Assembly: GCA_965178125.1 (NCBI GenBank) | Contig: OZ237755.1 | Coordinates: forward strand, 372,001-436,000 | Length of the DNA: 64,000 nt | Origin: Bilabrum cf. latius | Taxonomy: Eukaryota | Direction of reading: 5' to 3' | Shown here: in pieces, positions 60,563 to 64,000 of the stretch | Layout of the letters: each line of letters begins with the position of its first letter | Numbering within the stretch: position 1 is the first letter of the stretch | The notes under the pieces: generated by a model | Seen by the model: only the letters and a program-made list of their open reading frames with translations | The model's database searches: none | What the model was told of the DNA's origin: nothing | Program-made: the position numbers and the translations under genes

Positions 60563-63500
60563 TTAATCGAAAGAACTCGATCCTGCAGACCTGGATGCTA
60601 GCACAGCATCCCGTCGAGCCAGGAACTGCCTGGCCTGCTGTAGCATCCTTCGAATCGTAGACCTTCGCAGCCCTACTGCTTCTTGAGAATCACGTTGCAC
60701 CGCATGCTCGTGGCCCGGCTTGGAATGATACGTAGTCCGCTTGCCCTTTGCTTTCGAGTCGGCTGCACCGGCCTTGTGAGAAGCTGATTCATCTTCAAGC
60801 AGTCGCAGCTGTGCCTCTTCAGACTGCACTTTCTCTTGGGTACCGGTGCGCACTGGCTTGCGGAGTCCCTGGTACACCTAAAACACCGCCTCCTCCACGG
60901 TTCCTAGCATGACCAGGTGATGAACCACCACATTGCTTGTCTGTCCCATTCGGTATGCCCTTCCCACTGCCTGCTTTTCCTGGGCAATGGACTCGCACGG
61001 CTCGAGGAAGAATACATGGGAGGCGGCCTACAAGGTCACGCCTTCCGCGCCGTGTCCCTGACCCACACGCAGGAGGAGCACTTGGCACTGCGGATCATGC
61101 TTGAACTGCGATACGGGGCCTCCGCGGTGGTAGGGAGAGCTGCGGGGTAGCTTCGCGTCGATTCGAACGCATCCTATCCCGTTCATAAGCAAAGCTTGCT
61201 CGCAAAGCTTCAGGGCATCATCCCACTGACTGAAGAGCAGGCTCTTCACCCCCGGCTGCTTCACTTGGAGCAGCTTAAAGCTACGGATCAGAGCTTGCAC
61301 CTTGCTAGAATGGTGTCCTGAGACTGCAACCATAGATGGCTCGACTTTGACTTCCATATCGGGAACGCCTAACGGGTCCTGTCCGTCAGGGTCGGTGATG
61401 CTGGCAGCGGCGGATGCGCTGCTGCGCTTGCGCCCGCGCCGGCCTCTCTTTGAGCTCTTGTAGCCTATTTCCTCGTCTTCGTCTTCGTCTTCATCTTCGT
61501 CTTCATCTTCGTCCTCATCAAACATCGAACTTTGCCGACCACCGCCCAACATGCCAGCGCGAACCCTCTGGAGCCCTGCCTGGTGGACAATTTCAGAAGA
61601 GAAGAGATGTCCGACGCACCCCTTCCTTGCGCCACCTGTCCCAAAGGACCCAGATGCCTTCAACATATCCAGATGCAGCGAGGCACGAGACGACTCTTCG
61701 CGAGACCGCCGAGCTCGCGATGCCTCGGCAATCTTCTTGGCGCCCCTCTCAGACGCAAGGGCAGATGACGCCGATGCGCCAGACGCGGCTTGCTTGGGAT
61801 CTTTGTAGGACACCGACTGGATGTCGTGCTGCCTGACAACCTGCTTGCATTGGTAGCACCTCATGCTGCCGGGCTATCCGTAGACGCGCCCGACGCCGGA
61901 ATTGTGTGCTGCTGTGTAGCAGTCCTTGTGAAGGAGCATCCCACAACACCCGAAGACCCGGAGGCTTTGCCCATGCTCGATGTCCTCCTAGCAAATGGTG
62001 CAGATCTGCTGATTGGATCGGTTGACACCAGCTGTCTGTCGCTGTTGCTCCTGCTTCATGAGCTCATTGGTGTGCTTGAGCCTGGTCAAGGCCTCCCTCA
62101 AGTCTACCCTGCTCTACTGCAGCGCATGTTCGTGTCCCACAGCCTCCCGGAGTGCTACCTCACTGGAAGACACAAACTGGTTGGCTAGCACGCCTTCCGG
62201 CATGGGCATCCCTCGCGGCAGCAGCTGCACCCGGGCCTTTGCCTGCGACATGTAGTCAGCTGTGGCCAGCAGATCGGTCTATTTGGAAACAAGCTGCAGG
62301 ATGTGCCTACTCTCGGACAGAAGAGCAGACAGCAGATCCTTCACTGCTCGAGAGGCAGCGACTGGTTTGGACAATCGACCGGATTGCTGGTCTCCTTTGC
62401 AGTCGACAAAGAAGGGGATTTCGAATCGCACGGACTGGCTGCTAGCCATGGCACGGAGCACCCTGAGAAAGGCGCTATCGACGATCTTGCCAGTTGCCTA
62501 ATCATCCGCAATGGCGCTGTCGACAGCAGCATCACTGTCTTTGCCACGCTTGCCCCTGCCTACTTCCAGCTCCAGATTGCCTTCTTCCTTAGCTTTCTTG
62601 ATTGTATCTGCCAATCGCTTCAGCTTATCCTCGTTTTGATACTCTTCAAACTTCCGTTCGACGATTCTTGGTCGCAATATCTCGCCTACCCTGCGCAGCT
62701 GTGCCTCTGCAGTGCAGTAGCTGCAGGGAGGACCGGTTCCTCCAAATGCAGATCTGCACTAGGAGCAGTTGTTCGTTCTCATCACAGACTCCAGCGTCGG
62801 TTCGAGCAGCGGAGCAAGTGTCTCATACGAGCGCTTCCGGGCATCGCGCAGCTACTGCAACGTTTGCTTCAGCCGCATGTGCAGCGCGTGCATGGAGCGT
62901 ACTTCAGGCCATATTACCCCCTTTTGCACCATAATAGCCTGCTCCAGCGAGGCACTACGACCAATGGAATGATTTAGAAGAGTTGCAGCAGCTCGTTCGT
63001 TGGCTTCTCCCACTAAACTGGACACAACAGAAGACGCAACCACGCCCAAGCCGGATCCACTAGATGCACCGGCCGCTTGGGCGGCCTACTTCGACAACTG
63101 CAGGAAAAATGCGTCAATCCAAAGCTCCAACGCTGTAAGACTAGGCACCTAAACATCCGATGCATCTGTGATTGGCCCGACTGATTGGTCTACCGCGGAG
63201 ATCAGGGCCTGTACTTCGGCATCGGAAACAGCTGTTGATGGTGCGTGCACAGGCCGACGAGGTTGTCCAGCGGCTGCAGCACCTGACGCACGCGCACTTG
63301 AGCTAGCACTAGAAGATAAAGCGCCGGAACCCTTGGATCTAGAGCTACGGTCAACCTCTGAAGGCTTCGAGAATGTCCATGCGACAGCTCTGCACTTCCT
63401 TAGGGCGTCACCGAACGCTTTCTGGACCGTCGCTCGGACGGCGGCAGTGTCCCCTTGCTGCATGGCAGCTACTCGTTCCTGACAATCCTTCGCTCTTGCG

Positions 63501-64000
63501 CGGAGCTAGGCAACTTCGCCAGCTGTGGCTGCACCTTTACGCTCCAGCATAGCTGCAAGCTTATCAGCAAGATCGCCGATGTTGTGTAGGGCATGCACCC
63601 TGCCAAAGCTGTCAAGCCGCACTCCGGCTGGCTCGCTTTCAGCCGCAACCTCGAGCACACTCTCATACCTTGCCAGTGAGCGGCGAATCGCAGCTTCTTC
63701 ATCATGCGCCACCATGCGAGCCTCAGCTCTGTTGAGCAATCGAGAGGCCAAAGCTCTGGCCACGCCACTTGCAGACATGAGCGGCCCAAGTAGGAGCTTT
63801 GCAGCAAGCGCGTGGCTCTCAAACACAACGCTACGTAGGGCTTCTTCCGCAGAAGTCTGAAGCCCTTGCTTTCTCTTTTCGAACCAACCCCCTAGGCTAT
63901 TGTCTCTTCGCCCCTTTTGCTAGCTAGCCTAAGGCACAGCAAGTGCGAAAGCGCTGTGCGCACGGGCTGCCCCAAGCCGAGGATCACAGCACACCTGTCT
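60563..64000 (-). CDS. SHPRH: SHPRH/Rad5-like SNF2 helicase-RING E3 ligase, 5'-partial (continues beyond window)
   Basis: RQVCCDP; SHPRH-type helical RLDSFGRVHALHNI; RING CTIC*ED...CCG..HKDC...CYQC; HELICc SSKVQALI, KSLLFSQW, GAEGVTL*AASHVFFLEP, QAVGRAYRMGQ, GTVEE. Ends TAA at 60563. Confidence 0.88.

Noticed and set aside
9397-60565. Ciliate-type code with both TAA and TAG as Gln
   Set aside because: TAA was not seen inside coding frames. It occurs at natural C-termini (DDI1, TMEM230-like, SMARCAL1, SHPRH and the TM-anchored protein).
60023-60660. Small ORFs between SMARCAL1 and SHPRH
   Set aside because: No recognisable motifs and no convincing start or splice model. A small gene is not fully excluded.
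52-64000. Mass pseudogenisation, RIP-like C-to-T mutation or sequencing error as the source of internal stops
   Set aside because: These would also produce TAA (from CAA), TGA (from CGA) and frameshifts. Only TAG occurs, frames are intact and catalytic motifs are preserved.
36771-64000. Functional cluster of genome-maintenance genes (NCAPG2, DDI1, SMARCAL1, SHPRH)
   Set aside because: They are interspersed with unrelated genes. Chance adjacency cannot be excluded without synteny data.

Overview
Gene-dense, GC-rich eukaryotic nuclear DNA with few introns and long Ala/Ser/Gly/Pro-rich insertions. It resembles a heterotrophic protist, possibly a Cafeteria-like stramenopile, but that taxonomy is only an inference. 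The main result is that the window does not read in the standard genetic code. TAG is a sense codon, almost certainly Gln, while TAA and TGA remain stops. The fragmented ORFs in the track fall in one frame per gene and are separated only by TAG. With TAG=Gln they join into 17 protein-coding models: an acid-ceramidase/NAAA-like Ntn hydrolase, two head-to-head GBP/atlastin-like pseudo-GTPases, kinesin-14, GCN2, a UBL protein, a C2H2 zinc-finger protein, PP2A catalytic subunit, condensin II NCAPG2, DDI1, a TMBIM-like protein, TMEM230-like, SMARCAL1, a 5'-partial SHPRH and three low-complexity unknowns (two very large). There is also a tRNA-Ser(AGA) and a candidate ~215-nt structured ncRNA at 59787-60001. 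Family calls come from motif recognition by eye; no database searches were run.
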